From positions 51,570,405 through 51,634,313 of the forward strand of contig NC_068984.1 of assembly GCF_001194135.2 (NCBI RefSeq): a DNA stretch of 63,909 nucleotides, written 5' to 3'. The notes under the pieces are model-generated. The model saw only the letters and a program-made list of their open reading frames with translations. It had not been told where the DNA came from and made no database searches. The stretch is from Octopus bimaculoides. Its lineage: Eukaryota. Positions 1-55,775 of this stretch are shown here, in pieces. Every line of letters begins with the position of its first letter. Within the stretch, counting starts at the first letter, position 1. Made by a program: the position numbers and the translations under genes.

Positions 1-811
1 TATATACATACACATACACACACGCATACATACATACATAAATAAATACATATATGCATACATACGCACACACGCATACATACATATATACATACATACA
101 CACACGCACGCATACATACACACACGCACGCATACATACACACACGCACGCATACATACACACACATGCATACACACACATATGCACGCATACAAACATA
201 CGCACATACGCACGCGCGCACACAACCGCCACATCTGGAGCTCTCAGTTCCCGATGAAATCGTAGGAGCCTCGTCATGACATAGATATCTAAACGTTGTG
301 GATTCCATTTCTCTCCAAATCTAAATACAACCGATTTGTTTTTCCATAAAGAAAAGAAAGATCGCTCCCGGTACTGTATTAGTACTTAAGCAGTGTCCCG
401 AAATAATGAAGGGCAAAGCTGACCACAGAAGGATTTGAACCTAGATCGCAGAGAACCAGAACAAATGCTAAAAGGTATTCTATTCGCGATGCTCTTACAA
501 TTCTTTGTACTAACATCCTTGATCACTGAGAGATGGATGAAAAAAAGACTAGAATCACGGCAGGAACTGCACAAAATAATCCTTTCTGCCCTATGCACAG
601 GCCTGAAATTTGAGGGGAGGGGACTATCTAAATATATCGACCCCAGTGTTTCATTGGTACTTAATTTACCGACACCGAAAGGATGAAAGGCAAAGTCGAC
701 TTTGGAACTCAGAATGTAGCGACGGGTGAAATACCGCTAAGCATTTCATCCAGCGTGCTAACGATTCTGCCAACTCGCCACCTTAGGAACTGAACAAAAA
801 TAAAGAATGAC

Positions 812-1278
812 GTCGTGGCACCCCGTCGGTTACGACGACGAGGGTTCGAGTTGATCCGATCAACAGAACAGCCTGCTTGTGAAATTAACGTGCAAGTGGC
901 TGAGCACTCCACAGATACGTGTACCCTTAACATAGTTCTCGGGGAGATTCGTGATCGACAGAACAGCCTGTTCGTGAAATTAACGTGCAAGTGGCTGAGC
1001 ACTCCACAGACACGTGTACCCTTATTTCTCGGGGAGATTCAGCGTGGCACAGAGTGTGACAAGGCTGGCCCTTTGAAATACAGTTACAACAGAAACAGGA
1101 AGAAAGAGTGAGAAAAAGTTGTGGTGAAAGAGTACAACAGGGTTCGCCACCACCCCGTGCCAGAGCCTCGTGGAGCTTTAAGTGTTTTCACTCAATAAAC
1201 ACTCACAAAGCCTGGCCTGGGAATCGAAACCGAGATCCTACGACCGCGAATCCGCTGCCCACTGGGCCATTGCGCCTC
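812..1278 (-). mobile_element. tRNA-derived SINE (family A), diverged, with an internal ~90-bp tandem duplication
   Basis: Same family sequence; the segment acagaacagcc...ctcggggagattc occurs twice (about 860-948 and 959-1039). Confidence 0.82.
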
Positions 1279-1535
1279 TACAATGATAGATGTATATAGC
1301 TGTTCGTATTTTGTCCAACGTTCTATTGTATCTATTTTGATGAATTATCGTTTTCACACCGCACGGAAACCACGTTTAATGGGAACGACATAGTTTATTT
1401 GAATCAACCATAGTAAGACAATGTACATTTATAAAATTTTGGCCCTGGTTGACAGGGAGTGATAAACTAAAGAAAGCAGTATTACAAAATATTCTGTGGT
1501 GTTTCTTTTTTTTCCACTTAAGATAGTCTTCTTAC

Positions 1536-44250
<42,715 letters not shown>

Positions 44251-44587
44251 TGTTGCGATATTTGATATTTTTCAGAACATTTAATGGAATTGGTTGTGTA
44301 GTCTAAATTTAACAGTAGCTGTATCTGTAAAAGTGAAAATTTTTATAATAAATGAATTAATGAATTAGTTTTATGCAAAAAAAGATTTTGATTAATTATT
44401 ACTGAAATATTCTAAAAATCAGCAACAGTTAGCCTTATCTTTTCTATATCTTTAGTCTACTTAATATTCTAACGAGTCTATTTTTATTCTAATAACCATT
44501 TATTTTCTCGGTTACTTCATTAGTGTATATATAAAGTGCACTGTGGCGCATGCACAACGACTGGTAAGTCTCTCTCTTCCTCTCCCC

Positions 44588-44644
<57 letters not shown>

Positions 44645-47052
44645 AATATAGACATTCTGTTAGCATTACTCCAAAGGTGTATTACGTTGTGTAGTTTTAA
44701 CAAATGTCTAGTGCACCTATCTATTTGACTCAAATACCTTAGTATTGTTCTTCTCTAGGTATTGATTCCTTTAATGATGCTCCTCACATTTAATTTTGTT
44801 TCCAGGACATTCCTGGTCTTTTTCTTCCATTCTTCTTTCAGCATTATTTTCCATTTTTTTTTATCATTATATAGTACCTTCCTTCAGTGATCTTATCGTC
44901 ATGATGTCAGGAAGGGAATGGTTTTTCTACATCAGTGGTTCTCAACCATTTTCTGCCTAAAGACCCCTTTGATGCCTAGTTTACTCTACTGGATTCTCAT
45001 AGACATTCGATGTTTTAAAAAAGTCCCATTATGTTTTTATAATTAAATTTTATTTGGAACTGTATTTAAAAACAGAATCGAATGGAAAGTTGTAGAACTC
45101 TCTAAAATGTTCTACTGGCTTACTGCTACATAAGCAGAGCTGGTACAGGGGCATTTCTCTTTTTGCGTTCATCTTTTTTCTTGTTATACTCTGTTTGAGA
45201 GACAGATAATAAACCTGTCTGGAATATCACTGTGTTCTTCTTTGCGAGTGAACGAGAGAAGCACAACATATACAGCGACTAATATTAAGTTAACTCCGCT
45301 TTGCATTCTGTCGTGGATTCAAAATACTTTTTGACGCCCAAGAATCCAGAAATAGGGATCTTATCATATATATTTTTTGATACCTGTTTCAATGACAACA
45401 ATTACAGTTTCAACGGCAACAATTACAGCTTCGACGACAACGATTAGTGTCGACAAACCATTAACAGCAGTCAATAACACTATCCACAACGATCCGAATC
45501 CTACTTACATCAATAACAACAACAATATCATACAAAATAACTGTAGTGACAATAATCACAACAGCGACTGCGTCAACCACAACAAGGTAACTATCATTCT
45601 TAAAGTAACAACAGCAACTTCCACAACAATCACGTCAATGATAACATCATCAATAGTATAAAAATTGATGAGGTTCGTTATTTACAAGATTAACTGAACA
45701 TGACTCAATGCTATGTAATATTTTCTGCTATCTGGAATGTTCTGTCTCTAACGTCAACCACAGTAATCACAATAAGATGCATTGGTTAATGCTAACCGTG
45801 GTACACTTTCTGAAAAGGCAACGGAATTTAGGCATCTGGAATGCCTTTGATCACGGACCCATTCATACACACTCACACGTGCACCCAAACATACAAACAC
45901 ACATACGTACCCGCTTCACTCGACTACTATTTCCCTCGCTAACACAGGCACGCGCGCGCACACAAATATATATACACGCACACACACACATACACTAATA
46001 TACATACACGCACTCACTTTTCAATCTCTCCTTTCGTCGCTCTCAACGCAAACTGCATCCACCACATGCTGATCAACGACACCAGTTCACTTTTGCCCCC
46101 ACCCTCTGTCGATCCAGTTCGCTTCCATTTTTCCACACTTGTCTCCGTTCCCTATTTCACCTCTGAAACATATTACTGGATATTACGACTTTTTACAAAA
46201 CCTTTTCTAAAAATAACACCTATATTTCTGCTTTCATCCTCCATACGTGGAGCATGTGACGAGCACTCTGCGGGTACTTGTAACCCCCACACTCTTCACT
46301 CGTTCTTTTATTATCTTATTCTTTTTTATTTTTGTATTTTTATTAACTTTTTCCAATGCATATATAAAAAGAATTATTGTTTCTTCAGCGTCATATCATT
46401 AATTTATTCCCCTTTCGTTTTTCAGTCTGTGACCACATAACAGCCTTCGTTTATCTGCTTTTTTTTTTTAACCCTTCCCTCATCAGCTTTTACTCTCTCC
46501 AGAAATTATGTCTGCTCCATAACCTCTTGACCTTTCACCAGTGTTATCATTTTACTATTTATACAGTCTTTTTCATCTGTGTTTTTTCTTAAATATCACA
46601 TACCTCTTACCTTCCCCTTCACCTCCCATTCATGCCTGCGACCTCCTCCTTGCCTTCCTTCTCACACATACAATACGATTACACCTACACACCATCCTCC
46701 AACGCCCCAAAATCCCACGCCCCTACATACCCATACTTGCACACCACCACACCTACACTCACCTCATGAAACCACACGCGCACATACCCTATGCCTGTCT
46801 TTACACATGGATACCCTCCTGTACATGCTCACATCACCCTGTTATTTATCCCTTTCTAACACTCTTCATAAAACTACAAAACCTCGTTCGTAGCCTCTTT
46901 CTCCTTTTTGCTTTCCATTTTGGTTCCTGCCACCTTTTCTCAATCTGATACTTTTCTGATGAAGTGCAAACATCCGAAATGCGAAGACTCGGTTATTTTT
47001 ATTTTAAAGCGTTAAACTAATACATCTGTCAAACCTTGCCTGTCTCACACAC

Positions 47053-47193
<141 letters not shown>

Positions 47194-48409
47194 GTATCTG
47201 TGTGTGTGTTATTGAAACTGTAAAAACTTCACAAACTGTCTGACGAACGGTTACGCCAAACTCTGAGTAACACAGTGAGTGATTTTTTTTTTACAGCTTC
47301 AATAAAAAAAGTACTTTTTTTCAAACTTTGGTATTCGAATATCATTTTCTCCATCTTGTTTCGCACCTATGCTCACATGTGTATGTATATTTATGTGTAT
47401 GTATATTTATGTGTATGTGTGTTGTGTGTATTCGTATGCGTTTGTGCGTTTCGTGTGTGTGTGTGTGTGTGTGTGTGTTTGCACGCATGTATGTGTGTGT
47501 GTGTGTGTGCGCGCGCGTGCATGTGTGTTGCGTGTGTGTACTTTTGAAATTTGTAAATATATTTTGTGCTTGTATTGGTAATTATATTTCGTATTTAATA
47601 AATTAAAACTGAAAGAACATCGTTTATTATTTTCAGGAAATGTATTTTCTATTATTTCTATTAAACAATGCTTTCTTTAAACTTTTCGGGAAATAATGCG
47701 TCGCGCTAACGCTTTCAAATTCAAACAAAATATTTTACAAATATTTAAATTATTTTGAAAATTGAAACGAAATATATTTATTTAAAAAGCACTGATGCTG
47801 TGAATCAGTTTTATAAATCTAAAACTCTTTTTCATCTAATTTGGGGGTGGGGTTCAGATTCTGAATTTCTGAGGTTAGAAGGACGTCTTAAATAAGAAAA
47901 AAATTTAAAAAGTACGAAGTTGGGCAGCGCATAATTAAAACGTTAGAAGGAGGTTTAAAAACTATCCTTGCTAAAACGAAAAACTCCATAAAAATACAGC
48001 TAAGTCATTAAAACATTACGAGATGGCGTGAACGGGTAGTTTTACTGGATTGTTTATCCTAAGTAATGTCGTCCGTTCATTGTACGTCACACCCAATCAG
48101 TTGTTTACAAAACTCTCGGTGGAATTAGAACTTTATCGATATTTGTTGGTTATCCATTTACTATGTCGCTTGGTAACAGTAAACAATTATCCGTTATTAA
48201 CATTAAATGTAGGGTGAAGATATGGGTGGGTAATAGAAATAGTAGAGAGCCGGGGAAAAACATTTACATTGCGTTATGTCACACTCACTCTCTATTTAAA
48301 TGTCTCCTCCTTTTAATGATATTTTGAAGTTATCTCCTATTGATAGCCTTTACGCGTGGTAAACGTTAATGACTTTTTTTCTCATTTGGAGTATAATTTG
48401 ATTACTCTT

Positions 48410-48797
48410 CACTCTTTACTTGTTTCAGTCATTTGACTGCGGCCATGCTGGAGCACCGCCGTTAGTCGAGAAAATCGACCCCAGGACTTATTCTTTGTAA
48501 GCCTAGTACTTATTCTATCGGTCTCTTTTTGCCGAACCGCTATGTTACGGGGACGTAAACACACCAGCATCAGTTGTCAAGCGACGGTGGAGGGACAAAC
48601 ACAGACACACAAACATACATACATATATATATATATACATATATACGACGGGCTTCTTTCAGTTTCCGTCTACCAAATCCACTCACAAGGCTTTGGTCGG
48701 CCCGAGGCCATAGTAGAAGACACTTGCCCAAGGTGCCACGCAGTGGGACTGAACCCGGAACCATGTGGTTGGTAAGCAAGCTATTTACGACACAGCC
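48410..48797 (-). mobile_element. tRNA-derived SINE (family B, microsatellite-containing); related copies at about 5380-5835, 20600-20756, 34662-34995 (+), 39070-39770 and 43841-43932
   Basis: Shared head GGCTGTG...GGTTCAGTCCC...CCTTGGGCAAGTGTCTTCT, internal (TA/CA) microsatellite and shared body. Boundaries approximate. Confidence 0.8.
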
Positions 48798-48989
48798 TTA
48801 ACAGCCTTAAAAATATATTAACATGTACTTAACTATATACTTTTCATGAAGAAGAAAATTTTTACTCTCATCACATACCTTAAAGTTTTGAGTTCACTAA
48901 TTGCAGGAGTCGACTTTACTTTCCTTCTTTCTGGCGTCTGTGAACAAAATACCAATTATGTATATTTTGAGTAGTAGATCGAGTTAATC

Positions 48990-49206
48990 AAGACGATGTG
49001 CTCGTCAGCAGGAAATGACCACTTGAGCGACCTGTGGCGTTTGCTCTCTCATCTGAACAGCAAAGGATTCAAATGCCGTCGTGAAAAGTGCCTGATCGCA
49101 CAACCCAGTGTGGAATATCTTGGTCACCTTATCGGCCGAAAGAATCGCGAAGGGATCCCAGGTCGAAGCAGTCATGAAGATGCCACCGCCTACAGATATC
49201 TCAAGC
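48990..49206 (+). mobile_element. Gypsy-type reverse transcriptase fragment
   Basis: QDDVLV...KGFKCRREKCLIAQPSVEYLGHLI...VEAVMKMPPPTDISSL across frameshifts. Confidence 0.8.
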
Positions 49207-49409
49207 TTAAAATCTTAAAGCTTAAAATATATATTAAGCTTAAAATATATATTAATTTACGATTAATACAATGTGCTGTCTTAGCCTCTGGTTTTATTTG
49301 TGGATGAGGCACGACAAGCATTAACCCAAAACAGAGCGACAAGGCAACAAAGAACCTACGTTATTCGGTCAATATGTGCCATTTATATCTTTTAGTATGG
49401 CAGGCATGT

Positions 49410-49630
49410 ATAATATCGGTTTCAAATTTTGGTACAAGGCCAGCAATTTCAAGGGAGGAGGTAAGTCGAGTACATCGACCCCAGTGCTCAACTGGTACTT
49501 ATTTTATCGACCTCGAAAGGATGAAAAGCAAAGTCTACCTCGACCGAAATTGAACTCAGAACGTAAAGACGGACGAAATGCCACTAAGCATTTTGCCAGG
49601 CGAGCTAACAATTCTGCCTGCTCACCACTT
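49410..49630 (-). mobile_element. SINE family C; many partial copies, e.g. 585-785, 7760-8390 (three in tandem), 10470-10655, 13555-13680, 28560-28710, 32720-32840 (opposite orientation), 57870-58070
   Basis: Recurrent motif atcgacccc...aaaggatgaaaggcaaagtcgac...gaatttgaactcagaac...gctaacgattctgcca. The reverse complement gives a tRNA-like head with B-box GAGTTCAAATTC. Boundaries approximate. Confidence 0.78.
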
Positions 49631-50211
49631 TGCTGGCATGTGTAATATCATGATTATATGAAAAGAACTTTCAACAAATATTTCGCTTTATAATCTTTAA
49701 GTTCAACTCAATTGGTGTAGTCCTAGATATACTATGTCTGAATAAGACACTGGGTGTCACGAGAGGAACCACTAAATTTTAATCCTTAAAGCTACGCCTC
49801 TTCTCGGCTCCTTTTTCTCTCTGAATCTTCTACATTCTGCGAATGTAATATTTTTTTCTACATATCAAGTGTTATGAAGCCAATTGATTGCTTGTTTTTT
49901 CGTGTGTTTTTTTTTTTTTTCTGAACAGTATTTTATTAACGATCATCGAGCTTGTAAAGTAATCCAGTATGTTTCGTGGGTTGCATTGACCCCTGCGGGA
50001 GATGTTTAATATAAATGAAAATAGCATATGTATATATGTACTACGTATGTATGTTTGTATGTATGTATGTATGTATGTATGCATGCATGTATGTATGTAT
50101 GTATGTATGTATATACGTACGTACACACACAAGCGCGCACGCACACACACACACACACACACACATGCACACAAACACAATTACACACAAGCACACGCAC
50201 ATATATACATA

Positions 50212-50449
50212 CAGGGTGGCCCAAAAGTAGGTTTACAGTTATTCAACTATCTCTTTCGCATTCATATATCAGCAGTTTAGATCTTAATTATAAAAATAAT
50301 ATGAAACCATTATTCTATGCTAATTTAATTTAATTTTGTCAAGCTCCTTTTTTCAGTTTGTAAGATAGAAATTTAAATGTAATAAAATGTTTTAAAAGAA
50401 ATTTAAAGTGCCTACGTGATAACTGTAAACCTACTTTTGGGCCACCCTG
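50212..50449. mobile_element. Tc1/mariner-type MITE (238 bp)
   Basis: Perfect 31-bp TIR CAGGGTGGCCCAAAAGTAGGTTTACAGTTAT; TA target duplication at 50210-11 and 50450-51. Confidence 0.93.
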
Positions 50450-50474
50450 TACATACATACATACATATACACAG

Positions 50475-51715
50475 ACATGACAGAAGTAAATAGACACCCC
50501 ATAAAACATCATTTTGTTTATTATTGATGGACATTTTTTTATGTTTCAGGTTCTATATGTAACTGCTTAATCACGCCGCATACAAATGAAGCCTTGGAGC
50601 TGTACAAATTTCAAAGAGGCCGTGTCGTAGGTCAATCTGAAGGTGGACTTAGCGTAAAGTCGCAGAAAACCTTGGGATCCCGCTTTCTACATTTAACAAG
50701 GTGATTGTGCAATTCACCAGACAGGAGAAGGAATTCACATTACCTTGCCCAGGTCGACCAGGGCCCTCTGACAGGACCCTTTGCCTTGTTAAGTGAAGTG
50801 TAGAGAATAATCCTCATCAAAAGGCCTCTGACATAGCAGAACAAATTTATGTCAATTTCAGAACAGTTGTCATGTGCCTCCACAAACTTGGCTACTATGG
50901 TAGAGCAGCAGGAAGGAAGCCACTTCTTCAACCAGCCAATATCAAGTGGACAAAATATTTTAGCTAGTGAGATGATGGAGTGGCCTCTAGCATTTTAGGA
51001 CATTGTCATATTCTGTGATGAGTCCAGATTTGCTGTATTTTCTGACAGTGGTCGAGTGTGGGGGTGGAGACACTGTGATCAAGAATCTGATAAAAAGATT
51101 GCAGCCAACAATGGAACAAGGCAGCTATTTTGTGATTGTCTGGGGAACAATTTGGAGCAATGATCAATCAGAGCTGGTGGAGTGTGGTGGGAAGATAAAC
51201 TCAGATAAATATAAGTCCATATTGCAGAAAGGACTCCTTCCAATCTTCTCCAGTGGTGAAATAATTAAAGATTTTCTATTTATGGAAGATGGAGCTCCTT
51301 GTCATACAGCTAAAAAGACCCAAGATTGGTTGGAAAATAATGGCATTAAAAAACTTCCATAGTCAAGCCAGTCACCTGATATGAACCCTATTGAACACCT
51401 CTGGGGCATAATGGACAGGCCATTTCATAAAAAGAACAAGAAAGCATCCTCAAAGCCGGATCTTTTGAGATTACTGCATCAAACTTGGCAAGAAATTCCC
51501 CAAGAGAATATTCGTCATCTGAGCAGTAGCATGCCTTATAGGATCCTTGTATTGAAAAATGCAAAGGGCACGTCTACTAAATATTAGATATTCACTTTAT
51601 AATAATTAATAAATAATTTGAATGTATAATTTCAGATTCAAATAAATTTTAATGATTATAAGGATGTCTATTTTTTTATATTATAAGGATTATAAAGATG
51701 TCTATTTACTTCTGT

Positions 51716-51720
<5 letters not shown>
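50475..51720 (+). mobile_element. Tc1-like DNA transposon, full length, decayed DDE transposase
   Basis: 22-bp TIR ACATGACAGAAGTAAATAGACA at both ends; motifs IFCDESRF, FMEDGAPCH and SPDMNPIEHLW with frameshifts and stops. Confidence 0.92.
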
Positions 51721-51750
<30 letters not shown>

Positions 51751-52562
51751 TTATGGTACATTACGTTAGGAACGTGGCAGAGTACAGTATATGGTAGACA
51801 AGTGAACAGAGTCGAGTTGACGAAATTGCTTGTTATGTAGCTATGCTAGTTACATGTGGGAAGAGGAATGTGGCGCCTGGAGCAAAACAAAAGTAATATC
51901 GTTTGCTTAGTGAGATATTTGGATGAATTGGTGAGGTTTATTTAGAAAATGAAGAGAGCGTATCTATAAAAATAACACCTTTTGAGATATCAATATTTTG
52001 GAGTCAGTACATATTGTATGCATTGAAAGCTTTCTCATTGATGTGATGATATTGTATAGTTGAGTGTGCAGCTTGTTGAGGTTTAGGGTAAGACATGTAT
52101 GTTTATTATACTGTTTTTGCTTTGAATACCTGCATTTCAAATGAGTTCTGTTACTTTAATTGTGTTTAAATATCGTTCGTGCTATCTCTGTATTGGTGAC
52201 TTGGTTTTTTTTTATGTATGTTATATTCTCCAATCTGCTTTATTGCGTGTGTAATTCGTGATTGGCAAGAATATGTATTGGGGTTATCTTTGTAGTATTA
52301 TTCCAATGTCACTGCCATATGTTATGGTGGAATTCCAAAACGTTAGTGTTGTATTGTGTTATTTTATTTACTATGGCCGGATTCCAACCGGGTCGCAGCA
52401 ACAAAGTCCGCCCAGTCTAACATCACTGCCTTGTGGTCGTGAATTCCAGGTCACAACGATTTTAGAAGCTTGAGTGTTTTTTTTTTATGGAAAACCGTAT
52501 GTTTTAGTTATAGGGTTTCGTATTTGTGCACGTTTAGGAAATGTTTGTGTGTTGGGCTTAGA

Positions 52563-52621
<59 letters not shown>

Positions 52622-53466
52622 NNNNNNNNNNNNNNNNNNNNNNNNNNNNNNNNNNNNNNNNNNNNNNNNNNNNNNGTGCGTGCGTGTGTGCGTGCGTGTG
52701 TGTGTGTGTGTTTATCATATTCCACCGCAAGTGAACTGCAATTGAAAGCTACGGAAACAAAAAAAAACAGAAAGAAATCCAACGAACACCAACCTGCTGG
52801 AGACTGACATAAGCGTTATTACTTGTCCAATGGATAAATCTTCGTAATCAATTTTTCCATGCCTCTCATAATACTTTTCTCTTTCCCGATACACATGCGC
52901 GCGCACACAGTCTCTACACCTTTGACATCTCAAATGTTTCTCTCTTTCTCTTTCTCCCGCCTTTCTTCTCTCTCTGTCTCTGTCTCTTTCCCTCTCTCTC
53001 TCTCCTTTACACCTAATTAACTCCTCTAAGACCATTAAGTAAACTTTATTATTATAACTGCTAGTGATGACGAGGATGGTGAAGAGGAAGAAAAGGAGGA
53101 GAATGGGCGGAGTTCTAAAACAATGACGTAAAACAAATAGAGCCTTTTGTGTAACATAATGCACGTGGTGGTGGTGATAACGATTATGGAGACTATGATT
53201 GATTTCGACATCGTATAATTTTCAGATTATTGATTTTTGTACGGATGACATGTTATTCATCAAAGAAACACAAGACTTCTTCTTCTTCTTCTTTGATCCA
53301 AGGTGCTTGAAAACGCTAAACTCCTTGAGTTGTATGCCATCGTTGGAAAAATTGGCATTACACACACAGCATCCGAATTTATCATCATTCTGTGAACTCT
53401 ACGCTAGATTACTTGTTGTCAATTCAGATACTCAGCAGTTCACATAGATTCTGTACTTTATCATAT

Positions 53467-54075
53467 ACGAGGTCTGATCAATAAGTATCCGGGCTGTTGC
53501 CATAGTAACGAAGCTAAAGCACGCAGAGTCAAGCTGCTTAGCACAAATTGACCTTGAACTTTGATGTGCATGCGCACTAAGTTTTAACATTCTAGCTCAC
53601 TTCCGCTGTTTACAGCAGTGCCTGGAAAGATGTGTAGCGTGTGATCGTCACATTAACCATGACAGAGAAAGTTGTCATGGCGATACCTGCTCAGAGGCCT
53701 ATGCAATGTTGTAGAAAGTGCATGGAGAGGAGTGTATGGGCCGCACACAAGTGTACGAGTGGTTCAGACGTTTCCGAGATGGCCGAAAAAATGTTGATAT
53801 TGACGAATGTTCTTGGAGACCCTCAACCAGCAGACCTGGAAAAACATCGCAGATATGCATGCAGCTGTGAGGGGAAATCGTCGAATCACTATCCGTGAGT
53901 TACCAGAGGATGTGCAGATTAGTTACTGTTCAGTTCAGTCCATTATCACTGAAGATTTGGGAATGAGACACGTGTCTGCCAAGTTTGTGCCAAAACTGCT
54001 TTCAGCTGACCAAAAAGACACTCGGGTTTCAGTTGCACAAGATCTCCTTGAGAAAGATGAAAACATTTTGAAAAC
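53467..54075 (+). mobile_element. mariner-family transposon 5' half (HTH region), truncated
   Basis: TA|CGAGGTCTGATCAATAAG start; QVYEWFRRFRDGR, and SVQSIITEDLGMRHVSAKFVPKLLS (WVPHEL-equivalent linker). Confidence 0.88.
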
Positions 54076-54079
54076 TTTG

Positions 54080-55700
54080 CGTAGGCTTCTGAGCAGGTAT
54101 TGCCAAGCTTTTGGCTGAATTTGATACAGATTTTCTGCTCAACTTTCTGTCATTGTCAATGCGACGATCACATGCTACATACCTTCCTTCCGAGCATTGC
54201 TGTAAACAGTGGAAGTGAACTAGAACAACAGTGTTCAAGATCTCGGAATCAAGTGTTTGCGGGAATAGGCCTGTTTATATGGCGCATGCTTTCAACAGAT
54301 CCTGATTAACTCTTCGTACCGAAACTTCATTCCCTCGCTAACATTGGGGTTCCCAATATACGGAGACCAGTTTGTTTAAGTTTCGATTTCCTTCCACATG
54401 GCCTTCCTGAAATTCAAGTTCATGCGGAGTGAGACATGTTTGACGTTATTTGTGTGTGTTACCCTCCTTGATGCTTGTATAATGTCATGGTCGAAAATAG
54501 CTGTTGGAATGACCTGAACATTGTGAATAAAGTCTGTAGTTGTGGTAAAGACTAGGTCGAGTATGTTATTTTCCGTAGTTGGACGAGTAATGATTTGTTA
54601 CATGAGGAAGTATTTAGTGGTATCGAACAGTACTCATATCTCTCCTGTTCAGCTGTTTAATTTTAGTTTGGATATAACCCTCAGGTCTACTGAGACTAAG
54701 AAAATTAAAGTCCCCTGCTAAAAGTACATTGGCCTGTGGGTTGTTCTCATTTCGGGTTTGACTTATGAGCAACGAAGCATCTTTGAAGTGATCTCCATGG
54801 TAGGCTGCATCAAGAAGGGAGTAGGTAATGCTTATGATCAAATTGAGATCAACCACATACATTATTAATGTATCACACCTTGTTCCCGTATTCTGTAGTT
54901 ATTTCTGAGTAGTATATAACCTGACATATGTACTTCCGCATCCAATATGCCTGGAGTCAGATGCGTTTCACTTAGTGCTACACATTGTCTTTTCTCGCTG
55001 TGCAAGGTCTCAAAGATATAAAACTTTTGTTCGATTTGTAAAGTGTGAAAGACCTTGTACATTCGACATTATTATTGAGTTGAGATTGTGGGTTAATGAC
55101 AGCAATGGTGTGGTTGTGTACTGGGGTAGTAGCATTGGCAGGTCCTGCACGAGAGCTAGAAGTCTTTTTATGTCTTTTGCCAGATTCACCAGAGTTGGTA
55201 TGGTTGCATTGTTGAATATGGTTATAGTTACATGGTTTGCAGCTGTTGATTTTACTATTGTACCCAGTAGATATCTGGGTGACTTCTAAGTTTCTATGAA
55301 AGTCTACACCAATAATGCTTTGTAAGGGATGTTTCTATTGTGGATTTGATGGTGGTTTGGTGTCATGCTTTTACTAGTGCATCGAGTCCCTGGAAGATGA
55401 GTGAAGGGACAGTCACACATCAGACACATTTTGTGTTGGGGGTAGCAACAGATTTTAGGACTCCGGGTTACATGTGTAGAAGCTATTAAGTGTTATTAAG
55501 CATTTAGTGTTGGTGATGGTGGTGTTGTGTGGTTTAACGTTGGCTGGTATTGCTTGTACGAACTGTGTGTCTTGTCTCGGGTAAATAGTGAAGTTACAGT
55601 CACTGCACATCCATAGTCTCACGCGTTGAGAATAGCGGCATATTTGGGGGTCTCGTGTGTTCATAATTTTCCTTTATTTACAGCTGGCAGATTTAGCATG
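54080..55700 (-). mobile_element. CR1/L2-group LINE relic (ORF1 Cys-rich remnant plus AP endonuclease)
   Basis: VALSETHL, VLLAGDFNF, ITRPTTENNILDLVF...FDHD motifs; WMCSDC upstream. Boundaries approximate. Confidence 0.8.
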
Positions 55701-55775
55701 GAGCTGTCAGGTATACATTCAGATTGAGGTGGACAGTGGAGGAAGGAAGAAGTGATTCTTCACTAATAGGAGTAG

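Noticed and set aside
45377-45661. Thr/Asn-rich plus-strand ORF
   Set aside because: Degenerate (AAC/ACA) simple-repeat DNA with no splice or domain support.
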